62,731 nucleotides of DNA from an uncultured Acetobacteraceae bacterium (lineage in GTDB: Bacteria; Acidobacteriota; Terriglobia; Terriglobales; Acidobacteriaceae): positions 1 through 62,731 of the forward strand of contig CAZZVD010000002.1 in NCBI GenBank assembly GCA_964657465.1, written 5' to 3'. A program made the position numbers and the translations under genes. The notes beneath the pieces were generated by a model. That model saw nothing but the letters and a program-made list of their open reading frames with translations, made no database searches and was not told the DNA's origin. The stretch's first letter is position 1; the number at the start of each line of letters is the position of its first letter. Shown one piece after another: positions 47,295-56,807 of the stretch.

Positions 47295-48100
47295 TCTACC
47301 AATTGCGGCAGGTCTCGCGCACCTACGGCCCAGCAGTGCGGGCAGTCGACCACATTAATGTCGAAATCGAGGATGGAGAGCACCTAGTGTTCCTCGGCCC
47401 TTCAGGCGCGGGCAAGACAACGCTCTTGCGGTTGCTCAACGCAAGCGTGCGGCCGAGTTCCGGTCAGGTTGTATTCGACGGAGTCGATCTTGGACGGTTA
47501 GAGGGAGCCGCCTTGCGCAGAACGCGGTCTCGCATCGGCATGGTGTATCAGCAACACATGTTGATCTCAAATGTCTCCGTCTTGAACAATGTCCTGGTGG
47601 GGGCCCTGGGACGGTGGGATCTGTGGTTTACGATGCGATCGCTGGTCGCGCCCAATCGCCGCACTTTCGAAGAGGCTGAGAGCGCACTGGAAACAGTGGG
47701 CCTGCAGGATAAACTGCGATCTCGGGTCAGCGAACTCTCCGGCGGTCAACAGCAGCGTGTCGCCATCGCCCGCATGCTGATGCAAAATCCGCGGGTGATG
47801 ATCGCGGACGAGCCCGTAGCGTCTCTCGATCCGGCGCTCGCGGAAGAGATGATCAACTTGCTGAAGTCCCTGGCCATTAAGCATTCGAAAACCCTCTTGC
47901 TGTCGTTACACAATGTGGATCTGGCTTTGGGCTATGGCGACCGAATTGTAGGTCTGCAAAGGGGCAAGGTAATTCTGGACACGCCTCCACGGGGAGTGTC
48001 ACGAGCCGATTTGGAATACCTCTATAGGCATGCTGCCTCTGCACCTTCTCCACCGATCCCGGTTGCGGCTGTCCCAGGCAGGCAGGCATGTTCACGCTAG
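47291..48100 (+). CDS. phnC: Phosphonate ABC transporter ATP-binding protein
   Basis: Walker A GPSGAGKTT, LSGGQQQRVAIAR, IADEPVASLDP. The TTG start overlaps the phnD stop. Confidence 0.8.
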   Translation: MIYQLRQVSRTYGPAVRAVDHINVEIEDGEHLVFLGPSGAGKTTLLRLLNASVRPSSGQVVFDGVDLGRLEGAALRRTRSRIGMVYQQHMLISNVSVLNNVLVGALGRWDLWFTMRSLVAPNRRTFEEAESALETVGLQDKLRSRVSELSGGQQQRVAIARMLMQNPRVMIADEPVASLDPALAEEMINLLKSLAIKHSKTLLLSLHNVDLALGYGDRIVGLQRGKVILDTPPRGVSRADLEYLYRHAASAPSPPIPVAAVPGRQACSR

Positions 48101-49776
48101 ACCGAAGGTTGCGTTATCAGAACCATCCCGGCTATTCGTACATTCTCGCCGCTGTGTCCATATGGGCATCCTGGCATGTTTCCGAAATGCGATTGGGAAG
48201 CCTGATGTCGAGGCAGACGTTCTCAGCCATTGGCCATCTGCTGGCCGACTTGTTCCCTCCGGACCTTAGCGTTTCGTTCCTCAATGTGGGGCTCAGGGCA
48301 ATCGGGGTTACGTTGGCGTCCGCGGTGCTTGCGACCGGCATCGCTGTGTTGTTGGGTTTACCTCTTGGGATATTGGCGTCCGGTCAGCTTTGGGACGGTG
48401 GGGACTCGCAACTCACAGTTTGGAGAGGACGGCTGACTGCATTCACCGGCGTTGCCCCGCTGACGCGCTCGTTATTGTCCATCATTCGCTCCATCCCCGA
48501 TCTGGTGTGGGCTTTGCTGTTTGTGTCGGCGTTCGGCCTGGGCCCGCTCGCGGGTATTTGCGCCTTGGTGATTTGCTATACGGCCATTCTGGGTCGCGTC
48601 TACGGCGAACTGCTCGATGAAGTGGCCGGCGGTCCCATGCGATCGCTTGAGGCAATCGGCGCTTCCAGACTGCAACTCCTCACCGCCGTGCTGCTTCCCG
48701 AGGCCTTTCCGCGGTTGCTCGCGTATACGTTGTTTACGTTCGAATGTTGTGTGCGCAGCGCCATCGTTTTGGGATTTGTCGGTGCGGGTGGGATCGGTTA
48801 CGAGATCAGCCTTTCAATGAGGCTGTTCGAATACGGTCAAGTATCGACCCTTCTGCTGCTTCTCTTTGGAACAGTGTTATTGATCGATGCCTCGAGCCGG
48901 TGGATCCGGTATCTGATATCGCCGCAGGCGCGGCAAAGCGATTCTTTCAGCCCTCGCGGCAAACAAATTGCGGTGGCCACTATGGTGACGCTTGCGGCCG
49001 TAGGCGCCGCGTACGCTCCATTCGTTTTTGCGGATATTCGCTTTCGCGCAGATATTGGGGCGACGGCGGCCAGTTTTGTTCGACAGTTTTTCCCAATCGA
49101 TCTGAGTCATGTCTTTCTTCGTCATCTCGGTAAAGGGCTGCTCGAAACGTTGGCGATCTCTCTACTGGCAACCGTCTTTGGTACTTTAGGAGCCTTGGCC
49201 TTCGGGCCACTCGCTGCTGATACCAGGCGGCTGGATCCGGATGTAACCAGCACTGCAGCGTGGTCCACCGCCTTCCGCCACACGCTTTCGCGGGCCACGC
49301 GTGCCTTGCTGGCGATCGAGCGCTCCATCCCTGATTTGGTATGGGCGCTCTGCTGTATCCTCGCGGTTGGCTTCGGCCCGTGCGCGGGTACGCTTGCGCT
49401 GAGCATCCACACCATGGGTGTGATGGGTAAGCTGGTGGCCGACACTATCGAAGAATCTTCGCCGGGCCCCCCGCGAGCATTGAGGACGCTTGGAGCGACC
49501 CGCCTCCAGACACTGCTTTGGTCGGTATGGCCTGCGGTACGGCTTACCCTTTTCAATTACACAATGTTGCGCTGGGACATGAACCTGCGAGCCGCCACCA
49601 TCCTCGGCCTGGTCGGAGGCGGAGGGCTTGGCCAGCTTCTCTACAATTCGGTTCAATTGGGTTTTTATCAGCAGGTGGGTACCGCGATTGTAGTTATTTG
49701 CGTGGTAGTGTTGTGCAGCGATCATGTTGCGTCGCGATCAAAATACAGTTGCAGTAGCGTATGGCAAAGCATGTAA
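48088..49776 (+). CDS. phnE: Phosphonate ABC transporter permease, duplicated (fused) PhnE
   Basis: Two tandem PhnE-like halves, each with the IPDLVWAL...FG.GP.AG motif. Confidence 0.8.
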   Translation: MFTLDRRLRYQNHPGYSYILAAVSIWASWHVSEMRLGSLMSRQTFSAIGHLLADLFPPDLSVSFLNVGLRAIGVTLASAVLATGIAVLLGLPLGILASGQLWDGGDSQLTVWRGRLTAFTGVAPLTRSLLSIIRSIPDLVWALLFVSAFGLGPLAGICALVICYTAILGRVYGELLDEVAGGPMRSLEAIGASRLQLLTAVLLPEAFPRLLAYTLFTFECCVRSAIVLGFVGAGGIGYEISLSMRLFEYGQVSTLLLLLFGTVLLIDASSRWIRYLISPQARQSDSFSPRGKQIAVATMVTLAAVGAAYAPFVFADIRFRADIGATAASFVRQFFPIDLSHVFLRHLGKGLLETLAISLLATVFGTLGALAFGPLAADTRRLDPDVTSTAAWSTAFRHTLSRATRALLAIERSIPDLVWALCCILAVGFGPCAGTLALSIHTMGVMGKLVADTIEESSPGPPRALRTLGATRLQTLLWSVWPAVRLTLFNYTMLRWDMNLRAATILGLVGGGGLGQLLYNSVQLGFYQQVGTAIVVICVVVLCSDHVASRSKYSCSSVWQSM

Positions 49777-49962
49777 ATGCCTCCGTACTGTCGTTCTGGC
49801 CGAAGCACGATGAAGCCCGACTATCCTGTTGACCCGCAAGTGGCGTATTCCGCGAGTGTCCACATGCATGACCGTTTCAACGCCTGCCAAATGACTAGTA
49901 AGACACGTTCGTCCTGGAAGTCTTTAGTTTCAGCCTGCCAGTTTCTGAGGATTCAGTAGAGA

Positions 49963-50490
49963 TTATCGATGGGCCAGTCCCTGGGCCACAGTGGCAAAGG
50001 CGTTCGTGCTTCCCGGGGGTTCCATTTCAAACTTGATCGCCAGTTTCCCAGTCGGCTGCGAGGTATACGTCAGCCGGAGACCAGCATGCTCGGATGACGC
50101 CTCATTGGAAAACTGGACAGATTGTCCAGCTGTTGCAAAGAGCACCTTGAGGGTGGCGTTATTGCCCTCGTTGTCGAAATAAACCGCCTGCAGCCCCTGC
50201 TCGCGATCCTGATAGACAATCATTAGAATATCGTGAGGTGCGACCTCATGACCTGCGGAGCTTGGAACTTCAGTGTGGTCTCTGCGCACCAGGATGGTGC
50301 CTCCAAGTTCTTTGGAGAAGCTGAAGGTCCCTTTGTTCTGGGCTCCGCTGGCATCGGCGAACCAATGACCAACCAGCATGTCTAATTGGGAAAGAGAGTC
50401 CGCCGGCTTGAAGTTCTGCCCGGTTGCCCAGGGGTGTATCGAGCTAATCAGGAACAAGCTGAATAAAGCGGTTCGAAGAGTCTGCATCAA
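49963..50490 (-). CDS. Secreted hypothetical protein (paralog of 7854-8417)
   Basis: Signal peptide. Collinear similarity to the 7854-8417 product. Confidence 0.7.
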   Translation of the reverse strand: MMQTLRTALFSLFLISSIHPWATGQNFKPADSLSQLDMLVGHWFADASGAQNKGTFSFSKELGGTILVRRDHTEVPSSAGHEVAPHDILMIVYQDREQGLQAVYFDNEGNNATLKVLFATAGQSVQFSNEASSEHAGLRLTYTSQPTGKLAIKFEMEPPGSTNAFATVAQGLAHR

Positions 50491-50514
50491 AGGTGGTCTA
50501 TTGCCTCCAGTCGT

Positions 50515-51468
50515 TTAGTTTGCAGGCGAAACCAGCCCGTAAACTCGTGGCGGCTCCTGGGATGCTCCGCCGAGCGGGTCCTCCATAGGCGGCGCCGGCG
50601 TTTCGATTGGCCCAGGCAATGCAGCGTCTCGTCCGGGCCACCGGTTCACGGCGTAGGACATCCCACCCAACCCCAACAGAAGCATGCCGGAATCGACAAC
50701 GAAGAGGCTCAGGACGAGGGTGTTATGAATCCGCAACAGTCTGAGTACGAAATCAATGGCAACGATGCACCCCGCAAATAAAAATTGGAGACGGTTGGAT
50801 TTCGGGGTCGTCCTTGGATCGGTCAACATGAAAAATGTGAACAATTGAAAAGGGGCTCCAGTGAGAATACCGAAGGCCAGGCTGGCCGGTTCCATCCCCA
50901 GAACAACTCTCAACCCAGCTGATACCAGAAATAGCCCGAAAAAGCTTCCTAATAAAACCAGGCGCCGCACACGGGTCAAAAGCATGAATCCCAGGCTGAG
51001 CACAATCCATAAAGCGGTAGTCCCTCCGCCCCATTCATATCCCGGTGTGAGTGTACCCAGGTTGAGCAGAATGAGGATTGCCAGAGCGAATGCAGACGGG
51101 TTGTAGAAGTGCTTTCCCTGAAGACGGAGGGCATATTTCGATCCGATGCAGAGGATACCCGCAAATAAAAAAGGAAGCACGCGTGTGCCAGAATCCAGAA
51201 GCAGGCACAATCCGAGTCCGGAAATTATGCCGCTAAGCGGCAGTCCGATGGTGCGCGAGTTGAGAAACGTCAAGAGAACATCCAGTACCGTGCAGGTACC
51301 GAGGGCAACTGCGATTTGTATCCTGTTCTGAGTGAACCCTAAATAAAGCTGCGACAAAGTTACAAAAAAAATCAAAGAGCAGATCATCGTAACCCGCGGG
51401 TCGCGAATCGATGGTTTGACGAATGTGATGGCTGAACCGGTCAAACGGTACCCCTTCATTGCTCCCAT
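50515..51468 (-). CDS. Polytopic membrane protein, UnbU-like (inference)
   Basis: About 8 hydrophobic segments. Starts 3 nt downstream of the CRTAC1/UnbV-like gene. Family assignment rests on context and size only. Confidence 0.5.
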   Translation of the reverse strand: MGAMKGYRLTGSAITFVKPSIRDPRVTMICSLIFFVTLSQLYLGFTQNRIQIAVALGTCTVLDVLLTFLNSRTIGLPLSGIISGLGLCLLLDSGTRVLPFLFAGILCIGSKYALRLQGKHFYNPSAFALAILILLNLGTLTPGYEWGGGTTALWIVLSLGFMLLTRVRRLVLLGSFFGLFLVSAGLRVVLGMEPASLAFGILTGAPFQLFTFFMLTDPRTTPKSNRLQFLFAGCIVAIDFVLRLLRIHNTLVLSLFVVDSGMLLLGLGGMSYAVNRWPGRDAALPGPIETPAPPMEDPLGGASQEPPRVYGLVSPAN

Positions 51469-51471
51469 TTG

Positions 51472-53634
51472 TTACTTCGCCGACTCTTGAATGTCGTTGT
51501 AGGTATCCACACGCCAGCTGTTCAATGGTTGTTGCCGCCCGTCTGGCCATCGAATCGATACTGAATCTATGCGAGCGAGCTCACCCAGGCCAAAATGGAC
51601 TCGAGGATCGCTCTGCGAGGCAAACCCGTTGCCCCGCGAAACCTCTGCAATCTGCTTTCCCATCGCGGTCACGACTTCGATCCTGGCTCCGATAGCGTCG
51701 CGGTTTGAAGTGGTTCCATTTCCGGATAAACGAAAGCCGACCCAGTGCGGGCAGCTGGTGCCGTCACATGTCTCATACAATTTGTTGCGATAAACCAATG
51801 CGGGTCCGTCTTGATTGCTTACAATAAAATCGATTGATCCTGAGTTGGTTAAATCCGCCGTCGCGACCCCCCGGCCGTCGTACTGGTCGACGATCCCTGC
51901 CGATTCAGCTACATCGGTGAAGCTGCCTCCTTGACGCACAAACATGCAGCTTGGCTGGTAGCCCGAGAGGCTTTTGTTCCCCATCACCGGCCATCGGGCA
52001 GCATCTTCTAGGATGGTCCGGTAGTCGCTCGCCATATTCTCCAGTTCATACCAGTAGTCTTCCGTTCGACTGGCGGAGATAAAGCCATTGGCAACAAAGA
52101 TGTCGTTCCAGCCGTCATTGTTTACGTCGGCGAACTTAGCCCCCCAGCTCCACCCACAGTCAGTGACCCCCATAGATTCCGCATGATCATCAAAGTTCCA
52201 ATTACCTGGCTTGGATCGATCCGGGCGCCCTGTCCATAGGATGTTGCCTTCGGGCAAAACACGTTTGTTGGTGATGTTGGTCACGTAGACGCTTAAATTG
52301 CCATTATGGTCCACGTCGGCAATGTCTACGTTCATGCCTTTCTTGGTGTCGCGTCCTACCTTATCTGCCGTGAAGCCGCCCTCCACACGCACGAACCTGC
52401 GGCCACTGTTGGCTCCCGGCATGTTGACATAATAGTCGTCGGGTCCGAAGTCGTTAGCCACGTAAAGATCGGGCCAACCATCATTGTTGAGGTCCGCGGC
52501 GCCCAAAGCCAGCGCGAACCCGGTGTGGATCATTCCCAGGCTGGCGTGCACCTCGGTGAAGCGGCCGTCGCCTTCGTTGTGATAGACAAGAACGCCGCCG
52601 CCGTTCCGCGCGTTGTTGAAACTATCAGGCATAATGCGCGTATCGCGCAGGTGGTTTAGATCGAGCCGGACGTTCCCCCCGGGCAGCGTGGGGTCAGTGA
52701 GAATTCGCTTTTGATAAAAGGAGGGAAAGTAGTTAGCGACCACCAGGTCCAGTTTGCCATCGCGATCGTAGTCGAACCAAACGCCCCCGACTCCATAGCC
52801 CAGGTTGCCGGTACCCGAAGCGGCAGTCACGTCGACAAACTTGCGCTGCGGTACGCCGCGGTCGCTGATAACCTGACGTCCGCTCGCATCCAGAAGTGGT
52901 ACGTTATGAAAGAGCAGGTTACTCGCGCCGGTGCGCATGACGTATAGATCGGGGAAGCCGTCGTTGTCGTAGTCTCCCCAGGCGCTCGCCATTGACACGC
53001 TGCCCGCATTCAGGCCGCCCAATCCAGCAGGTACGGTTACATTTGTCAGGTGCGGCTGCCCGTTGACGATGCCGTCGTTTTGGTACAAGGCGTCGTCGCT
53101 GCCCAGGCTCGAATCGGTGAAAAAGACTGACACACGCCCGGAGCGATCATAGTCAGCCGCCGCGACCGAAGCACCTACCGAGACCAACCAGGGCATTATA
53201 TTCGCAACCTTGGGGTCGAACTGCGGTTTGTGGTTGCGGAACGAAATCCCCATCTGCGCTGCTTGCTCCGCGAAACTGACATTCTTCTGCAAGTGGGGCT
53301 TGGTAGATCTGTTCCAGATCGCGATGCCAGCGATGGTGCCCAAAAGAAGGACAAGACAAACCGGTGTGAGTCGCCCGGCGAGGCCACCTCCCGGCGTGTT
53401 CACGGTGGCCGCAGCCTTGGTCAATCCGAACGCAAACAACGCAAAGAAAATTAAGACAGCGGGGACAGTCAGCAGCACTAGCAGCCAGCGCATCTGTCCA
53501 TGCGCGCCGGCGAACCATACGCCCATTATCCCGGCCGATGCGAGGATAGCTATCAGGGCTACTATCCCTTTACGACGCCCATGTCGCGGCAACGATTCAC
53601 GTGTCTGTCGGGGCTCAATCTCTGTGATCGGCAA
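51472..53634 (-). CDS. CRTAC1-family protein: FG-GAP/VCBS repeats plus C-terminal ASPIC/UnbV domain
   Basis: Repeated D.D.DG..D(L/I)(Y/F)V.N motifs (DYDNDGFPDLYV, DLNNDGWPDLYVAN, DVNNDGWNDIFVAN). C-terminal block RDAIGARIEV...FASQSDPRVHFGLG...VSIRWPDG. Confidence 0.85.
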   Translation of the reverse strand: MPITEIEPRQTRESLPRHGRRKGIVALIAILASAGIMGVWFAGAHGQMRWLLVLLTVPAVLIFFALFAFGLTKAAATVNTPGGGLAGRLTPVCLVLLLGTIAGIAIWNRSTKPHLQKNVSFAEQAAQMGISFRNHKPQFDPKVANIMPWLVSVGASVAAADYDRSGRVSVFFTDSSLGSDDALYQNDGIVNGQPHLTNVTVPAGLGGLNAGSVSMASAWGDYDNDGFPDLYVMRTGASNLLFHNVPLLDASGRQVISDRGVPQRKFVDVTAASGTGNLGYGVGGVWFDYDRDGKLDLVVANYFPSFYQKRILTDPTLPGGNVRLDLNHLRDTRIMPDSFNNARNGGGVLVYHNEGDGRFTEVHASLGMIHTGFALALGAADLNNDGWPDLYVANDFGPDDYYVNMPGANSGRRFVRVEGGFTADKVGRDTKKGMNVDIADVDHNGNLSVYVTNITNKRVLPEGNILWTGRPDRSKPGNWNFDDHAESMGVTDCGWSWGAKFADVNNDGWNDIFVANGFISASRTEDYWYELENMASDYRTILEDAARWPVMGNKSLSGYQPSCMFVRQGGSFTDVAESAGIVDQYDGRGVATADLTNSGSIDFIVSNQDGPALVYRNKLYETCDGTSCPHWVGFRLSGNGTTSNRDAIGARIEVVTAMGKQIAEVSRGNGFASQSDPRVHFGLGELARIDSVSIRWPDGRQQPLNSWRVDTYNDIQESAK

Positions 53635-54235
53635 AGCAATCCTCGTGACTGGCAGGAAACAAAACCGGAACTCCAGCCCTTGCTTACATCACCACGCTGG
53701 GCGATTATTTGCCAACTGAACCGAAGGACAGGTCTGCTCGTCAGGACGCGCGAGAGAAAAACGCACCATCAGCTATCTGAGAAACACCAACATCAGGACT
53801 ACGAACGATAGTTCCGAGCAATTACAAACGGGCTGTCTCTCACTGCACCGCTTGGTTGGCGTTGCCGACGCCCCCTTTCAGCCATCGCAAAGATAAAGCG
53901 ATCGAACAAATAGGATTGCGTGGTTCCGAAAGTGAAGCCATGCACACCCAATCGACCTGCGGCGATCATTGCATGCGGCGCTCACGCTGGGCGTCAGGTC
54001 GAAACTGTACTTTGGGGCAGCGTGCTGTCCCTAGGTCCAGTTGTCTCACCCCGCCAGAATGTGATCTTCTTCTGACTGATTCGACGAGGCCCGCGGATAT
54101 CCGGGCCGGGTACGTGTAATACCTTGTTTTCCATTGCTGGATAATTGCAACCATGGTGATACCGCTTGAGAACCAGCCAACCAGAGGGCCGCGGTTTTGC
54201 ACGATCCAGATTAAGTTATTTGCGAAAGGAGCATC

Positions 54236-55393
54236 ATGGTAGGCGCAGGAGTGGTTCATGATCCAGTCTCGAGTGCGGCCGCGATCGCACACGAGGTTCT
54301 AGCTAAATTTGCAGCCGAAGTGGACAAGTCTGGACGCTTCCCGATTGAGTCGGTGGCGGCCCTTAGGAACGCTGGGTTGCTTGGACTCTGCGTCCCCGTA
54401 GAATTTGGTGGACTGGGTGGAGGTCCCGAGGCATTTGTCGCGGTAACAGAAGTAATTGCCCAGGCCTGCCCATCCACAGCAATGATTTTCGTGATGCACA
54501 CGGCCGGGACGCGATCTATTCTGGCTTCCACACGGCTCCAACGGAGAGTGAAGATTGCGAGCGATATCGCGATGGGACGCCACCTGACCACGTTGGCCTT
54601 CTCCGAGAAAGGCTCCCGGTCACAATTCTGGGCTCCCGTGTCTCGTCTTTCCCCAGATGGTAAAGATTATTCCTGGAGCGCGACGAAATCCTGGGTCACG
54701 TCGGCCCACTACGCTGATTCCTATGTGTGCAGCGCCCAGAAGCCTGAGGCTGCATCACCTTCGGAGTCGGTGGTGTTTCTCCTGGACCGGCGCGAAGATG
54801 GCGTCGACTGTCAGGGTCAGTTTGACGGCATGGGGCTTCGCGGGAACGATTCTTGCCCTGTCGAGATCCGGTGCGCTCGGGTTGGCGAGGAGAGCTTGTT
54901 GACAGAACCCGGAGAGGGCGCAGCTTTTATGCAATTTGAGGTTCTCCCGTGGTTTGCAATTGGCAGCGCAGCTGTAGCCAACGGTATTGCCCAGGCTGTC
55001 ACCGATGCGACGGTGAGGCACCTGGAGACAAGCAAACTGGAACATACGGACAGCGCGCTGCGTGATATTCCGGTGCTCCGCGTGAGGGTGGCCCAAATGA
55101 GCGTGCTGACAGAACAGGCGCGGGCACTCCTAAAAGCATGTGTTCAGGAGATGATGGCAGGCAGTCCTACCGCGGGTCTGCGTATTTTACAAAGCCGGCT
55201 CTCTTCAATCGAGGCCGCGGTGTGCGTGACCGACCTCGGTATGAAGGCGGCGGGTGGCGCAGCGTTTTCAAAACATACTGGAATCGAGCGAATGTTTCGA
55301 GATGCCAGAGCCGGTTGGGTGATGGCGCCGACTGCCGATCACTTGCAGGACTTCATCGGTCGCGTCTTGACTGGGCTACCGCTGTTTTCCTGA
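54236..55393 (+). CDS. Acyl-CoA dehydrogenase family protein
   Basis: AAGGAG RBS. ACAD N-terminal, middle and C-terminal domain pattern (LLGLCVPVEFGG..., KSWVTSA..., ERMFRDARAG). Confidence 0.8.
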   Translation: MVGAGVVHDPVSSAAAIAHEVLAKFAAEVDKSGRFPIESVAALRNAGLLGLCVPVEFGGLGGGPEAFVAVTEVIAQACPSTAMIFVMHTAGTRSILASTRLQRRVKIASDIAMGRHLTTLAFSEKGSRSQFWAPVSRLSPDGKDYSWSATKSWVTSAHYADSYVCSAQKPEAASPSESVVFLLDRREDGVDCQGQFDGMGLRGNDSCPVEIRCARVGEESLLTEPGEGAAFMQFEVLPWFAIGSAAVANGIAQAVTDATVRHLETSKLEHTDSALRDIPVLRVRVAQMSVLTEQARALLKACVQEMMAGSPTAGLRILQSRLSSIEAAVCVTDLGMKAAGGAAFSKHTGIERMFRDARAGWVMAPTADHLQDFIGRVLTGLPLFS

Positions 55394-55914
55394 GGCAAAC
55401 GACGAGGGATAGTGATCTTGGTTTCTGTACGTTGCTGTCCGCCTCTATCAATGTCACCGTAAGTGAGCAGTATTGCAGGGATGCCTCCTTTCATGAGGTG
55501 GTAGGCGCACCAGGCTCCTGCGATCCCGCTGCTGACAAGGACCACGGTGGTACGCAAAGGGCATTCCATTTCCGATCTTACCGGCTCTTTCTGATCGGGG
55601 AACATGCACATGAAGGCTAGGGAGCGTTCACCGCAGAAGCCAAACACAACCCTGGCACCGATGCGCCCTGGTCAGTCCTTCACTAATGTAGATAAGAAAA
55701 GCAGCACTCTGCCAAGCTGTACTTTGTCACACATCACGCCGGGAAATCCCACTCTATACTTGCCTGAAAGAAATCTGGACGCAGCCCGGGCCCCGATCAC
55801 GAACGCGTATGGGGACAGCCATAGGAGTGCGATCTCCGTGCCCCTCATCCACACGAGCCTTCCGAAACGCCCACCGATCATGCGGCTCGCAGCCGCAACG
55901 GAAAAGGAGAAAAG

Positions 55915-56769
55915 ATGCACACACAGAACGCGAAGACGGTATTACTCATCGGGGCAGTCGCCTACGACCCGAAGGTCGTGACCATCTGGGAAGGCTTCAA
56001 AGAGTATTTCGCCGAGATGGGCTTGTCCATCGACTACACTCTCTATTCAAACTATGACTCGCTGGTCGATGCAAACTTGAAGGGCGAGGTCGACCTTGCA
56101 TGGAACTCACCGCTTGCCTGGGTAAAAAGCCAATTCGTGAGCGGGGGAAAGTGCCGCGCGATTGCAATGCGCGATTCCGATCGCGACTTAACCACAAAGA
56201 TTCTCGTCCGGAATCACTCAGGTCTCACCTCACTTAGGGATCTCCGCGGAAAGCGAATAGCGGTGGGAGCCTCTGATTCGCCCCAGGCAACGCTGATCCC
56301 TCTGGGCATGATTGCCGATTCTGGAATAGTCCCTTCGCTCGACTGTGAAGTCGTCTTTCACGAGGTGATGGTTGGCAAACACGGGGATCATGTCGGCGGC
56401 GAGCGTGATGCCGCGCGGGCGCTTGCCGCCGGGCAGGTGGATGCCGCATGCGTCCTGGATCACAATTATCCAATGTTTATTGACGAGGGAACGCTGGATC
56501 CAGGAACGACGACAGTGCTGGCTACGACTCCTCCGTTCGATCATTGCAACTTTACCGTCGCAGCCGATTTGCCAGATGAAAATGTTAGGCCATTTGTCGA
56601 TCGTCTTTTGGCTATGTCGTTCCAGGATCCGCGAGTCCGTGGTCTCATGGAACTCGAGGGTTTGAAGCGTTGGCTGCCGGCTCGAACATCCGGATACGAC
56701 CAGCTGGAAAAAGCTGTTCAGACGTTGAACTTTTTCGATGCGAAGGATCAGTTAGCCAGGGCGTACTAA
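55915..56769 (+). CDS. PhnD-like periplasmic-binding-fold protein without signal peptide or adjacent ABC partners
   Basis: Similar to phosphate/phosphonate SBPs (GEVDLAWNSPLAWV, RIAVGASDSPQATLIP). The N-terminus is not hydrophobic. Confidence 0.6.
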   Translation: MHTQNAKTVLLIGAVAYDPKVVTIWEGFKEYFAEMGLSIDYTLYSNYDSLVDANLKGEVDLAWNSPLAWVKSQFVSGGKCRAIAMRDSDRDLTTKILVRNHSGLTSLRDLRGKRIAVGASDSPQATLIPLGMIADSGIVPSLDCEVVFHEVMVGKHGDHVGGERDAARALAAGQVDAACVLDHNYPMFIDEGTLDPGTTTVLATTPPFDHCNFTVAADLPDENVRPFVDRLLAMSFQDPRVRGLMELEGLKRWLPARTSGYDQLEKAVQTLNFFDAKDQLARAY

Positions 56770-56807
56770 CTGCAAATACCCCAACCCGGTGCCAGGTCGT
56801 GACTGCA

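Noticed and set aside
53635-54235. 600-nt gap with small ORFs (53856-54119 +, 53966-54292 -)
   Set aside because: There is no homology signal, RBS or repeat structure I could verify by eye. It is probably a promoter or leader region for the divergent CRTAC1 and ACAD genes.
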